Positions 31,262 through 44,037 of a stretch of DNA of 64,000 nucleotides are shown here, in pieces. The first letter of the stretch is position 1; the number at the start of each line of letters is the position of its first letter. The DNA is from Eledone cirrhosa (lineage: Eukaryota). The notes under the pieces are model-generated. The model saw only the letters and a list, made by a program, of their open reading frames with translations. It was not told the origin of the DNA and did no database searches. The stretch lies in assembly GCA_964016885.1 (NCBI GenBank), contig OZ024743.1, positions 273,978,001 through 274,042,000 on the forward strand, given 5' to 3'. The translations under genes were made by a program, and so were the position numbers.

Positions 31262-31605
31262 TACCTTCTTCATTCTTACTGAGACCCACCTTGACAATTC
31301 CCACTTGGAGGCCGAAGTAAGAGTGAGGAATTTCACAACCATCCGCGCGGATCGTGTTGGCAGAAGGAAGGGTGGAACTTCCATTTTCCTGCATTATTTC
31401 TTTACAGCAGATGGTAACACAACATTCTCCAATGGATACTGTGAATCAGTCACTTTGCACAACAAATCCAATGACCTGATATTAGTTGGGCCCTATAGTC
31501 TACCACAAACACCCATAATGTGCTTCAAAGAAAGCCTCAACAACATTAAATGCTTTATTAATTAGTGCCATTCTAACAACATACTTTTGATGGGAGACAA
31601 TTCAC
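31262..31605 (+). mobile_element. APE-endonuclease fragment of the same LINE family as 38884-42025
   Basis: FILTETHLDNSHLEAEVRVRNF..RADR..RKGGT..SNGYCE..PQTP..CFKE..ILLMGD aligns with ORF 40562-41218. Confidence 0.85.
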
Positions 31606-31701
31606 TATGAGTTTTAAGTACTATGTCACTTATATGTACAGCAAAAACGGCAAAAACAACTGAGAGCGGCCGGCAGACAGTCTGTTCCACGCGCTTGTGC
31701 G

Positions 31702-31763
<62 letters not shown>

Positions 31764-31823
31764 AGCGTGAAACTAATAAACCCTTGTTTGTACTGCCTCT
31801 CTGTATTGTTCCCGTTCCATTTT

Positions 31824-31887
<64 letters not shown>

Positions 31888-32826
31888 AAAATGGAATCTT
31901 TATACATAATGTTTAGATAACTTCTGAATTTTTAGATTATTATTCACTTTGAACTGTGAATAATTCATGCATTTACACCCTTTTATATATAGGTATCTAT
32001 TTAACTTTAGCATGCTTCAATCTATTATTTTATATTCGTTATCATTTACCTAAAAGATACTGGCTCATTAATATATATCTATATACATAATCGTTATTTA
32101 AATATTTCTAACAATAAGTACTTCATAAGCTTTACATACGGAAAATGTTGACATTTTTATAGGTAATCTTCGTTAAAGTTTACATTTAGTGTAAATTTTC
32201 CTTTCGCTGGCCAGGTAAATCCTTTAAATTTTATCCTCATAAAATTCAGAAGTTTAGAAATGTTAACACACAGAATTTATAAAATTAATAAATATAAATA
32301 ACCAGCAACTTTAAAAAAACCTAATACCTAAAATGACATAAATTAAATATTTTGAAACATAACCGTTTAGCTTTTGGAAAATATCTCTTTCTGCAAATAT
32401 TACTCCTCTTTATCTTTCCCTCTCTTTAAATCCTCTTTAAGCGGCATTCATGGACTGTTATAATTCATGAGATGTTTTTCCTAGATAATAATAATTTGTA
32501 GTATCCTACATTTTAAAATCTCTATAGCTTTCACATTAACCAACGTTTTTCTTACTCACACATTCTCTATTGAATTTATTACGTTTTCGCATTTTCTCAT
32601 TATTAGGGTATGAATGTTGAATTTTCGCTTGTGTTAATCACTACCTTGATTAAATCTTAACCATTTAACATCTCAGGGTCTGTCATGTATCATTATATTT
32701 TGTCTGATGAGGACGTACTGTTGTATCTCCGTATTATGTATAATAACATTTAGTTGATCAAAAGAACATCTATTTTATTAATATTTGTATTTTAATATTA
32801 ATAACTCTAGAACATTATTTTTTGTA

Positions 32827-32945
32827 CATTCTGAGTTCAAATCCTGCCGAGGTTAACTTTTCCTTTCATCCTTACGGGGTCGATAAAATAAAGTACCAGT
32901 AATACACTGGGTAATTGCTAGCCTTGTGCCTAACGTAGAAACAAT
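32827..32945 (+). mobile_element. 5'-truncated OK-like SINE
   Basis: B box and body as in 37386-37575. Confidence 0.85.
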
Positions 32946-33018
32946 TATTTTTTGTAGAGTGCTTCCAATCTACTGTAATACTCATTCTTTGATATACTCA
33001 TTGAATCTTGTTTAACTC

Positions 33019-33064
<46 letters not shown>

Positions 33065-33068
<4 letters not shown>

Positions 33069-33418
33069 TTGCGAGGTTTTTGATATGAAATCGTGTGCCG
33101 AAACAAATATTGTTATACTTGGGGAGGGTCATATTTGTGTAATAATATTGCCAGAATTAATAACAGAACACACTCACTATTTGGATGGTTTTCGCTTCTG
33201 TGTCTTTTATATCAGTTAATTTATTTTATTCGGTCCTCAATGTTACCATTGACTGACCAGCAGTAAAAAATACAGATATATTATAGACACAAACACATAT
33301 ATAGTCTAACACAGTTCTGTCGATGCACATCTGCAACATCATCAGTGGTGCTATTATGTTTCCTCCTATTATATTGTATGCCTACGCCATCTTTCTAAGA
33401 TGGCGTAGGCATACAATA
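33065..33418 (-). mobile_element. diverged pLTR related to the 20909 family, ending in a perfect 22-bp hairpin
   Basis: Shares GAAATCGTGTG..ATTGTTATACTT(T)GGGAGGGTCAT with that family; hairpin at 33372-33393/33397-33418. Confidence 0.65.
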
Positions 33419-33459
33419 CAATACAATGTCCTGACGTATCTATCGACACAATCGGTGTC

Positions 33460-33706
33460 TCTGTTGAAATGAAGTGCGGAAAATGAGTGTGGAAAATCTG
33501 CTTGAGCAAATCTGGTCTCAGGAGCGACAGTCGCAGCCATATTCAAAGAGAACCAGTGAAATATCATCTCCACGGTATTGTGATGGTTCAGAGGTAACCT
33601 GATGTGAGACCTCAGGCCAGGGAGATCCATATTTGTCGTCAGTGTGCGAAGGAGTGCAAGTCTCTAGCAGGCTTGAAAAGCCATATCCGAGCATCACACA
33701 TCTGAA
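33460..33706 (+). pseudogene. relic with two C2H2 zinc fingers, probably an RTE-type LINE 3' end
   Basis: ECGK/ICLSKSGLRSDSRSH and HICRQCAKECKSLAGLKSHIRASH*; frameshifted, no splice context. Confidence 0.55.
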
Positions 33707-33764
33707 TCTAACAAAAGATTGCAATACACTTAGCAGAGTTTTCAGTCATCATATATATATATAT

Positions 33765-33800
<36 letters not shown>

Positions 33801-33890
33801 CGACCGAAGTGCGGTAAGGAACCAGATGGACCATAAAGCACCAGAGTATTCGATACTTAGGGTAGTAGAGTGGGTAATAGGAAAACGTCC

Positions 33891-33995
33891 AGGACCCCGA
33901 CGGCTGAGCTCTGGCCGTTTCGACAGTTAGATCTGAACTAAGCCAGTAGTCTTAGGACGGTAGTAATCTAGCTGAAATTATCAAGGGGGCAGTCC
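33891..33995 (-). ncRNA. type I hammerhead, UUGAUAA (U3-A8) core
   Basis: CCCC-UUGAUAA(33984-78)-..CAGCUAGAU..AUCUAACUG-UC-GAAA-CGGC..GCCG-UC-GGGG. Confidence 0.7.
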
Positions 33996-35785
33996 ATATA
34001 TAGGCATGTAATGAAGCGATAGCAGTAGTATCATATCAAACAATTCTAAAAATTGTTTTGCTTTTCTGTCACGGCTAGTGGTCAAATATATTGTATACAT
34101 AGTTAAATCGTACTTTCAATATAGGAAACGTAATGAGTACCTAGAATATATCCACCTCAGTTCTAACCATCCTAGAAACATTACCAACAACTTAGTTAAA
34201 AACATCTCCCTTCGCATATCACGCTTGTCTGCCATCGGCAGATCTTCACCGAACTCGCGCCATATTACAACCAGGCTTGCAAGAGAAGCGGCTTCCGGGA
34301 GGACATTTCATATTATCCAAGATGTTCTAGCGGATCCAGCAGGCGACGCCGCCGCTGGCGCCACGTTACGTGGTTCAACTCTCCCCACAATGCCGAGGTT
34401 GCAACATCTATTGGGAATATCTTATTTAGACTTCTCGATAAACACTTCCCACCACAACACCGCTACCACAATATCATTAACAGAATTACTGTGAAACTTT
34501 CCTACAGCACTACGCCCAACATTGCACAAAGCATCGCTTCATCTAACAACACAAAACACCTCTCTAACAGAAGAAACAACATTGATATTAGTGGAGAGCA
34601 AACTAGGGGTGTAACTGTCCGGATAGATCATCGTGCCCCCTCAACAATAGATGCAGAGAACGTAACATGGTGCAATGTGAGGACGGAAAACTCCATCAAG
34701 GCCTACATCGGATTAACCGCCTGCAATTTTAAGGCTCTGTATTAACAACAGCAACATATACTTAGAAACCCGGCTCGGCGACAGGCAACAGCACCTTCTG
34801 GCCTCCAAGACAACAATATCACCTACCATCTAAGTTGGAGCATATTTTCCAAGGCAAAATCTTACTCGGGAGGACGCCATCCCTGTAATTTATGCCCGCA
34901 GGAAACGATCCAAATGCTGTTTGCAAAGAATCACCTCTTAAACAAAAAGAATGAACTTTTTTACCTCATGTAAACATAGAATGCGTAGGACATATCTTAC
35001 GTTCAAACCCCTTCACGACCTGGGTGGGTAGAACTCAGCTGTATCTTTTTCCTCTTTACAAAAGATAGAGGAATCCCCAAGCATACGTAGTTAGTAGTAG
35101 AAATGTTTCCTATTTTTTCTCTTATTTTCTTTTTTTTCTTCATGAGTCATACACTCTAATTACACTTAGGCGTATCATTGCTTATCTACACTATTATATT
35201 CAGTTTCCATTCTTCCTTAGATTAACCCAAGTATTTTCACTCATGTTAACAATCCGTAGCACCGGCCGAACACATAGCCAGTGTCTTCTTTTATTTATTT
35301 TTTGGGGATGGGGTGTATCATTATGGATGATAATATTGCTAAATTACTACATTGAGATGCTATTCTAGTGTATTAGAGTAACTAATAACTAAATTTTATT
35401 AATTAGGAATTTTGTATTAAATTATATTTGCTTTGCTCTTTAGCCAATGCTAGACCTGGCATATCCATATAACATTCCTTGTTTATAACATTCCTTGTTT
35501 ATCATAGGTTCTTGTCGCCTTTAGAGGTAGCTGTAAAGAATTCTCTCTTAATGCATGACCGGCCCGGCAGCCACAGGTCAGATTGTTATCATGCTGCCTC
35601 CCCATAGTTCTACAGGCAAGTTCAGCCACCCCCAACACCGCCTGCCGTTATGAAGGAATTTGATTATGGATACAAAATCTTTGACCACTCACTCCCCGTG
35701 ACAGAGAAGAAACACACCAATTTTTAGAATTTTTTGATATAATACTACTACTATGTTTTCATCACATGCCCATATATGGACTGTA

Positions 35786-35879
35786 CCCCTTGATAAGTTT
35801 AGCTAGTTTACTACCGCCCTAAAACTATTGGGTCAGTTTAGATCTAGTTGTCGAAACGGCCGGAAGTCAGCCGTCGGGG
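35786..35879 (+). ncRNA. type I hammerhead, UUGAUAA (U3-A8) core
   Basis: CCCC-UUGAUAA(35790-96)-G..UAGCUAG..CUAGUUG-UC-GAAA(35853-56)-CGGC/GCCG-UC-GGGG; predicted cut after C35875. Confidence 0.7.
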
Positions 35880-35892
35880 CCCAGACCGTTTT

Positions 35893-35959
<67 letters not shown>

Positions 35960-36335
35960 TCACACAGACACCACACATACAACCCACACACACAGATATA
36001 TATATATTTATATACATATATATATATACACACATATATATACACACACACACATATTTGTGTGTGTGCGCGTGTGTGTGTGTGTGCTTGCAAGAAAAAT
36101 TGAGTTCGTAGGCGGAATCCCGGGTGAGGAATCGATGCGCTCGCAGAGCAGAGAATAATACAATAAGAATAAAGGAACAAGGATTCAGTGTTGCATCAGG
36201 ACATATTTAATAGCATGTTGCATATGTTTCCCTATCGATCAGCTCGAGGAATGACCTATTATTGATGGAACCTCACTCTGTAATCTAAAAAACGTCAGAT
36301 ATGCTTCCGTATGTCAGCTTGTCTCCGATTCTCTC

Positions 36336-36446
<111 letters not shown>

Positions 36447-36504
36447 TTATGTATATGTATATATACATATTCTTATGTGTGTATATATATATATATATAT
36501 ACTT

Positions 36505-37106
36505 CAGAAAGTAAGTCCATAGAATCATTTGATAAAATATATACAGTATTTCTTCTCCCAATCAGCATAATTAACCACACAAAAAATCGATTAAACGAGT
36601 CTATAAGTTTAAAATATACATATGAAGAAACAATAGATAAATAAATTATAGCTATATTATCCGCGATCAACAGCCACAGAAGATTTACCTAGTATTTTTA
36701 ATAGCCCGTAGAAATTGATTAGACATATAGCCAACCATACACAATTAGGTACAAAATCAAAGTTAGAAGGAAAAAATGTGCATAAACATACCAACATTTT
36801 TTTCCTACCTCATGAGGTTTCATTTGCTTTTTGGAAATATCCGATCATAAATTCACGAGTTTCGAAATCAGGCACAAACTCAATACGACAAAGATTTTTC
36901 TTAAATGATCCCCGCCAGAAACGAATTCAAAATGGCTAAGAATTGTCACATGGCCAGCGGTCAAGTTAGAAAGCTTGTGATTGGTGCCTGACGGCGAGTG
37001 GGCTGGTTGCTAGAAAGCGCAGCCGAATACTGCCTAAATTGTTAATAACCATACGGGAGTTTATAAAATATATAGATTTACATATACATAAACTAGACAG
37101 AGCCAT

Positions 37107-37170
<64 letters not shown>

Positions 37171-37340
37171 TTTTGGCAACCATTCACAGTGTGGCTCAAT
37201 GACGATTTAATTAATTAAATAATCAACAATCAGAGTAATATATGAGAAAATAAGTCCATAGAACCATTTGATAAAATATATACAGTATTTCTTCTCCTAA
37301 TCAGCATAATTAACCACACAAAAAATCAATCAACCGATGC
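36505..37340. repeat. ~90-bp direct repeats (about 36510-36600 and 37248-37338), probably tandem pLTR ends
   Basis: AAGTCCATAGAA.CATTTGATAAAATATATACAGTATTTCTTCTCC.AATCAGCATAATTAACCACAC occurs twice. Confidence 0.7.
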
Positions 37341-37385
37341 TAATATGTATATATATATGCATAAGTGTGTATATATATATATATA

Positions 37386-37575
37386 AGGGCGGTGAATTGG
37401 CAGTATCGGTAGAGGGTTGGACGCCATGCTTTCTAGCATAGTTACGTCCCTTTACTGTCTGAGTTCAAATCACGCCGAGGTTAACTTTGCCTTTCATCCT
37501 TACGGGGTCGATAAAATAAAGTACCAGTAATGTACTGGGTAGTTGCTGGCCTTGTGCCTAAAGTAGAAACAATTA
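37386..37575 (+). mobile_element. full-length OK-like tRNA-derived SINE
   Basis: GGGCGGTGAATTGGCAG..GAGTTCAAATC..GCCTTTCATCCTTACGGGGTCGATAAAATAAAGTACC. Confidence 0.85.
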
Positions 37576-37764
37576 ATTATACTATTTATGGTTATGTAAA
37601 TACAAAAACCTTTTGCAGTTATATATATTTTATATAAACCCTAAATAGTGGCAGTCAGTAATATATTATTACCAGTAAGTTAAATAGCTCAATGTAAAAA
37701 CATCAGATGATTTACCTATAAGTTATATAAATTATAAGAATCAAAGAACTGTTCAAAACATTTT

Positions 37765-37815
37765 TATGCTTACAACTGTTTCCTCCAAACCGAGGTTTGG
37801 GTTCTTCGGAGAAAT
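37765..37815 (-). ncRNA. hammerhead with CCGAAGA (U4C) core
   Basis: CU-CCGAAGA-ac-CCAAACC/GGUUUGG-ag-GAAA-CAGUUG-UA-AG; stem I is short. Confidence 0.5.
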
Positions 37816-38185
37816 TTATTATTGAATGAACAATGATATGACCTCCTTTTCACCCAAGAGACATACAGATACCTATGCAAATATTGTGGGTCAACATTCA
37901 TTATAGCATTTAGAGTGGTAGTACACACTTCATATTAAAAGATACAATCAAAAATACAGGTTAAAATACAACATGAAATTAAGCGGTTATATAGTGCAAA
38001 GGTTATGTGTGGCAAGCAAAGGTTATATGTGTGGCAATTCATATATATATATATATACACCCAAGTATATATATATATATATACATAAGCATATATATAT
38101 ATATACATATACATAAGTATATATATATGTATATACATAACCATATTTATATATACTTATGTATATGTATATATATATATATGCT

Positions 38186-38883
<698 letters not shown>

Positions 38884-41881
38884 AGCGAGAGTTTCACCGG
38901 AGGGAAGGGAGTACGGGAGTTTCAGGTCATCCTCTTTTCCAAAGTGGATCAGTACGAATTTGTCTTCGTTCAGTAACATGTTGTTCTTTTCCGCCCATTG
39001 GGTAACAGCCAGTAGGTCTGACTGAAGGCTTATCCGGTCATCCACGCCATTGATGACCTTTTGGAGCTTGGAATCATCAGCGAAAATTCTAATGTTACTG
39101 TTTTTTATCATGTCAGTGATGTCATTAATATAGATGATGAAGAGAAGTGGGCCCAACACAGTGCCTTGTGGGACCCCACTACTGACTTTGGCTGGGCTGA
39201 ACTTGACTCCTTCGACTACAACATGTTGGGTTCTGTTTGACAGGAAGCACTTGATCCACTGCAGCAGCTTTCCAGTGACACCAATATTGGACAGCTTTCT
39301 CGGTAGAATGTTGTGATCAACCCTGTCAAAGGCCTTGCTGAAATCAAGGTAGATAACATCAGTGTTGGAACCCTCTCCCAAGGCTCTCAAAATGTCATCA
39401 AAGTGATGCAGTAGCTGCGTCAGGCAATCCCTTCTATTACGGAAGCCATGCTTTGTTGGAGTTCAGCATAATGTTACTTTCAAGGAAGTGAGTCAATCGC
39501 GATCTCAACACTCTCTCAAATACCTTAATGATATGAGAGGTGAGTGAGATTGGACGGTAATTCACGGCAATGGATTTGTTTCCTTTTTTGAAAACTGGGA
39601 CAACAGACTGGGATAGAAGGTTTTCTGGCACATATCCAGCATCCAGTGAGTTCCGCCACAGATTGGCAAGAGATGTAAGTTGGTGTTGACACGCCTTTAA
39701 GACACAAGCAGGGAACCTATCGGGACCTACTGCTGAATTATGCTTGATTTCCTTTATTGCCGCTAAGACATCAGGGGCGCCAAACGCTATGTCCGATAAG
39801 GTGTAATGGGGAGTAACATCGCCGATACAGCCCAGATCGGCCATATCAGGATTGCTGAAAACAGAGCACTATTGTTTCTGCAGTATCTCACCCATGGTTT
39901 TAGCATTGTCTTGAAGAGTGCCATTTTCATCAATTAGAGGGCCAACAGTAGAGCCAGTGATTTTATGTTTTTTTGCAAATGAAAAGAACACTTTGGGATT
40001 GAATTTGATCTTCTCAATGGCCCAGGCCTCTTCAGCTCTTCTCTGATTGTTGATGATAGACATCATATTGTTTTGGAGGTTATGTTTTTTAATCTCTAGT
40101 GATAAAATGGCAATCAAGTTGATGTGTTGCTGCTGACTGTATTTCAGCTTGTTGATTTTTTTGTTAGTTCTCTTAATTTTCCTCATGAGCGTTTTTCTAT
40201 TTCTAGGGATTCTGCTCTTAGATTTGTTTATAGTTCTTAATGGGGTGTGTTTTGCACATATGTTTGTAACAGTGTCCACAAATGTCTGCCAGGACTTTTT
40301 GATGTTAGTGGGTGTGTGAATGTGCGTGAAGGACCAGTCGACATGTGCAAGATCATGACTGATCGCTTCCCAGTTTGCATTGTGGAAATCCATAGCGTCA
40401 AACGGATGGACAGGAGAGATGACGTTGGGTTTGTATATTGGACGGTGGAATCTCAGATCACAGAGAACCATGTCATGATCAGAGAGTAGAGTTTTCTCCG
40501 CTGCAATATTGTGGATAGTGTCAGTGTGATTGCTGAAAATTAAGTCTAGGACGTTTTTGTGTCACCTCGTTGGTTCGAGCACCAGTTGGGACAGGAAGAA
40601 TTCATCCATGAAGTCAAGAAGCGATTCCACTGCTTCCCTGTCAGAGGTTGAGGCAGAAGAACCTGGTGGCAGGCTGTTTGTAGACCAGTCAACACCGGGG
40701 AGGTTGAAGTCCCCCATCTTTAAGATGTTGTCAGGGTGACACTCTTGGATGAAACACTTTATGCTGTTGAGGCATTCCTTGAAGCATGGTAGAGGCGTTT
40801 GGGGTGGCCTATAGAGCCCAACTACTATTATGTTGTTGGTTTTACTGAATACAGTGACTGCTTCGCAGTATCCATTAGAAAATATGTTCATAGCCTCTAT
40901 TGAGAAAGAATTATGGACATAAATGGCAGTCCCACCCTTTCTTCCGCCAGCGCGATTAGCACGGATGGCTTTGAAATTTTTCACTTTCACCTCGGTTTCC
41001 AAGTGGAGGTTACTGAGATGGGTTTCAGTGAGGACGAAGAGAGGGATGTGGTTTGGATGGACATCAACCCAGTCCTCCAGGAATTTGATCTTCCATTTGT
41101 GAGTATTGGTGGAAGTGCTAATGCCTTGGGCGTTAAGCAAAAATGTTGAGGCGAGAGGAGTGGATGGTTTGAATTGTTTTGGTGTGTTGTTAATGTGTTT
41201 TTTTGTTAATGGCAGCAATGGGAGTTTGTGCAGTGGGGTGATCGTGGAGGGTGGTGATAGCTCGAATGTTTTTTTTCCAGTTATTTTGCCAGATTCATTA
41301 TGGCTAAAAAAGAGGAAGAAGTTTCCTGTTTAGGGGACTGTTGGTGACTGTGGTAGTGGTTATTTTTATGTAGGTTATGGTTTTTGTTTTTGCTTTTATT
41401 TTTATTTTTATTTTTATTTTTATTTTTATTTTTATTTTTATTTTTATTTTTATTTTCATTTGTCCGACGAGTCCCCGGGAGATGGGTAAAGGGACAATCC
41501 CGGTGTAAACACAATCTGTCTCGCTGGGAAAAGTGACAGATTTATGGATTCCTTGTTTCAGTTATTGGTGGTTGTGTTGGTGTTAAATTAGAGTATGTAT
41601 TATGGTGGTGGCTGTTGTTTGTGGGGATAGACCGTTTTTCCTAGGTAAATGGGTGAATTTGCAGCCACTATCCGTACATATTCTATAGCGTAGAGAGTAG
41701 CGGCAAATGATGGAGTTTCGAGTGGGTGTGTATGTGTGTGTGTGTGTTGTGAGAAGTGTAAATGATAGTTTGAGTACCTTTTGACGACCTTTGTTGACTG
41801 TGGGAGGGAGAGTTCTTGTACAGGTATTAGGAGGTAAATTCCTTGAGATAGCAGTAGGCAAAGATGTAGTAGTAGTAGTAA

Positions 41882-41926
<45 letters not shown>

Positions 41927-42025
41927 GCAGAGGAGATGTAGGCAGTGGTGATGATTGGACTGCTGGGGCAGAGAAAGGAAGAGGTGTTTCCTGCTGTGAG
42001 ACAGTGGCTACTGGGAGGTCAATAG
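38884..42025 (-). mobile_element. decayed CR1/L2-group LINE (ORF1 with two CCCH fingers; ORF2 APE + RT), 3'-truncated
   Basis: LLNAQG, LTETHL, GLYRPP, MGDFNLP, NYRPISLTS, YLDFSKAFDRVDH, SGVPQGTVLGPLLF, FADD. Two C-x8-C-x4-C-x3-H motifs at ~41485-41540 and ~41650-41705. Several stops and frameshifts. Confidence 0.9.
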
Positions 42026-42157
42026 TTTCATATATATATATACATATGTATATATATATATATGTACATGTATATACAAATATATATATATATACATGTA
42101 AATATATATATTAATACATATATATATACATATGTATATATATATATACACATATAC

Positions 42158-42213
<56 letters not shown>

Positions 42214-42651
42214 GAAAGGTATAGAAAACATTGTAGCGAAAAGCCAACAGTATTCCATAATATATAAGTGACTATAGCGTCAAAATGGGAAAAATAGTTA
42301 ACGTAAGATGTGGGAAAAATAATTCAAACTCATCTCAAAGAGTATCAGGATATAGATTCATCCACAGAATTTAGTGAAATCCAGGGAAAAATCAATAGAG
42401 CCTTAACTCATGATAAAATAAAGTTTAAAATACTCATCCTTCAATTTGGAAAAACTTCAAATGCTCTGTATAGTCTTAAAGGCTATTTCACGAAAACTTT
42501 CAGTGGAGATGGTCACGGTTGGAATTCGATCCCCGGCAGAGCTCAACTCGATAACCAAGATTCTCACAGATTAATATGCCAAAAAGGGATTTTAAAACAG
42601 GCTAGTTCACTATCATGCGTGATTATGAAAAATAAAACGCACATGACGAAA

Positions 42652-42685
<34 letters not shown>

Positions 42686-42727
42686 CAGAAAAAAGAGAAT
42701 CAGTGGTGCGACGAATAGAATTTATTG

Positions 42728-42822
42728 GACATATTACAATCGTTTCTCTGGCGACCAGGTCGAGGCACGATGATTTGCTGATCGAACCTGACTCTGAAAA
42801 TCGCAAGGTCCTCAAATACGTC
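42728..42822 (-). ncRNA. type I hammerhead, UUGAGGA core (U3.G8)
   Basis: 7-bp stem I GACGUAU/AUAUGUC; long stem II (GCGAUU/GGUCGC, CAGGuUCGA/UCGACCUG); GAAA-CGAUUG-UA; next to a TA tract. Confidence 0.65.
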
Positions 42823-43334
42823 TAGATTCTACGAAGCAGATTTTCATAGGAAAATCTGCTATAGGTTAAGCTGTATCTGCATGTTTTGTGGGATATCCTG
42901 GCTTTAGGTAGTCTCAGTTTGATGATAACTAAATTCTAAACAAAGACCAGTTGACAGTTCAGGCCCTCTCTTAACACAAACATCTAGTACTGAATCAAAG
43001 AGACCAGAAACTAACAAAAGCAGTAACTGGTCTCTGTTCCTGATTCCCCTGTTACCATGTGCATTTATGTATGACTTTGCGCTGGAAGATGTTCATAAAA
43101 GAGAGCCCATTACTCGAACAGAATTCTTATAAGTCCTCTCCATTCGCGTTTTGATTGGGATCGGCATTCTTTCCGAACACTTCTTTCATTGTCAGTACCG
43201 ACATGCGCATTGAAGATTCCCACTATGAAATCCTCCCTTCCAATAGGATCCATTTCTTAAATTTTGACAGCCAGGGGTTTGTGTATACCCCCCCCCCCCC
43301 CACACACACACACACTCCCACATGTGTAGTCATC

Positions 43335-43805
43335 TCTAGGACCTGAATTGTGGAGTTCCCATCCTTCATTCAAATATAGAAAACCAGAGCCACAGAACTT
43401 TGTGGAAAACCCAACTATATCTAGCCGGTAGAATCTAGACCCCGCCTCTGGGTCCTGTTCCATGCCTGTAAAGGTTGTAACGTTCCAGTTACCAATTGTC
43501 AAGATTTCTGCCTCTCCAGACATTCTCGTGTGTCTCAATGATATGTAATCTTGGGGCTTCCAACCCACCCCTCCCTGGACAGGTCGCACGATCATCACCA
43601 TTTCTAGCAGCGTTTGGTGGAGAATGTTGTATATTTTTCAAAGATGGCCCACTATCTATGACCTTACCATATCTGTTGTTATCCAACGTGAATAGGCTTT
43701 GGAGAAACGTAACCGATAGAGTGTTTAGTTCAGGGATACGTGAGATGGTATTGGCAGAGACACTACTTCTCCAGATTGAGAAATCACAGCTCCGATATAA
43801 AGGTT
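43335..43805 (-). mobile_element. RTE-clade LINE 5' end (UTR + APE N-terminus)
   Basis: LTIGNWNVTTFTG..RLDIVG..GSG..L..GW.L..SG is the typical start of an RTE endonuclease. Confidence 0.7.
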
Positions 43806-43973
43806 AAGCAGAGGGAGAGAAAGAGAGACAGAGAGAGAGAGCGAGAGAGAGAGCGAGAGAGAGAGATGTACATATAAAATATTATATGTTTTTATTGTTT
43901 ATATAATCATATGGGGAGACTCGCTATCAAAGTAAAATGGGGCTGAAAATCAGAGACAAGAGGACGACCGACT

Positions 43974-44037
43974 ATTTAGCAGCTTCTACCTCAGTCGGCC
44001 GCCCCCGAGTATACTACTGAGGTAGAAGCTGCTAAAT
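43974..44037. repeat. perfect 22-bp inverted repeat, 20-nt spacer
   Basis: ATTTAGCAGCTTCTACCTCAGT / ACTGAGGTAGAAGCTGCTAAAT. Confidence 0.9.

Larger units (their letters stand above)
33800..35895 (+). mobile_element. PLE with inverted 5' pLTR, decayed thumb/GIY-YIG ORF (34130-35030) and 3' pLTR
   Basis: LEYIHLSSNHP, VTWFN, VKLSYSTTPN, CNC..CPLNNRC, KAYIGLT. ~33880-34080 is inverted relative to ~35690-35895. TA-flanked. Confidence 0.85.

Noticed and set aside
33460-33706. Host C2H2 zinc-finger gene
   Set aside because: Only two decayed fingers, no TGEKP linkers, frameshifted; fits a LINE C-terminus better.
42310-42825. 171-aa ORF
   Set aside because: Reads through a TA microsatellite and joins two unrelated repeat units.
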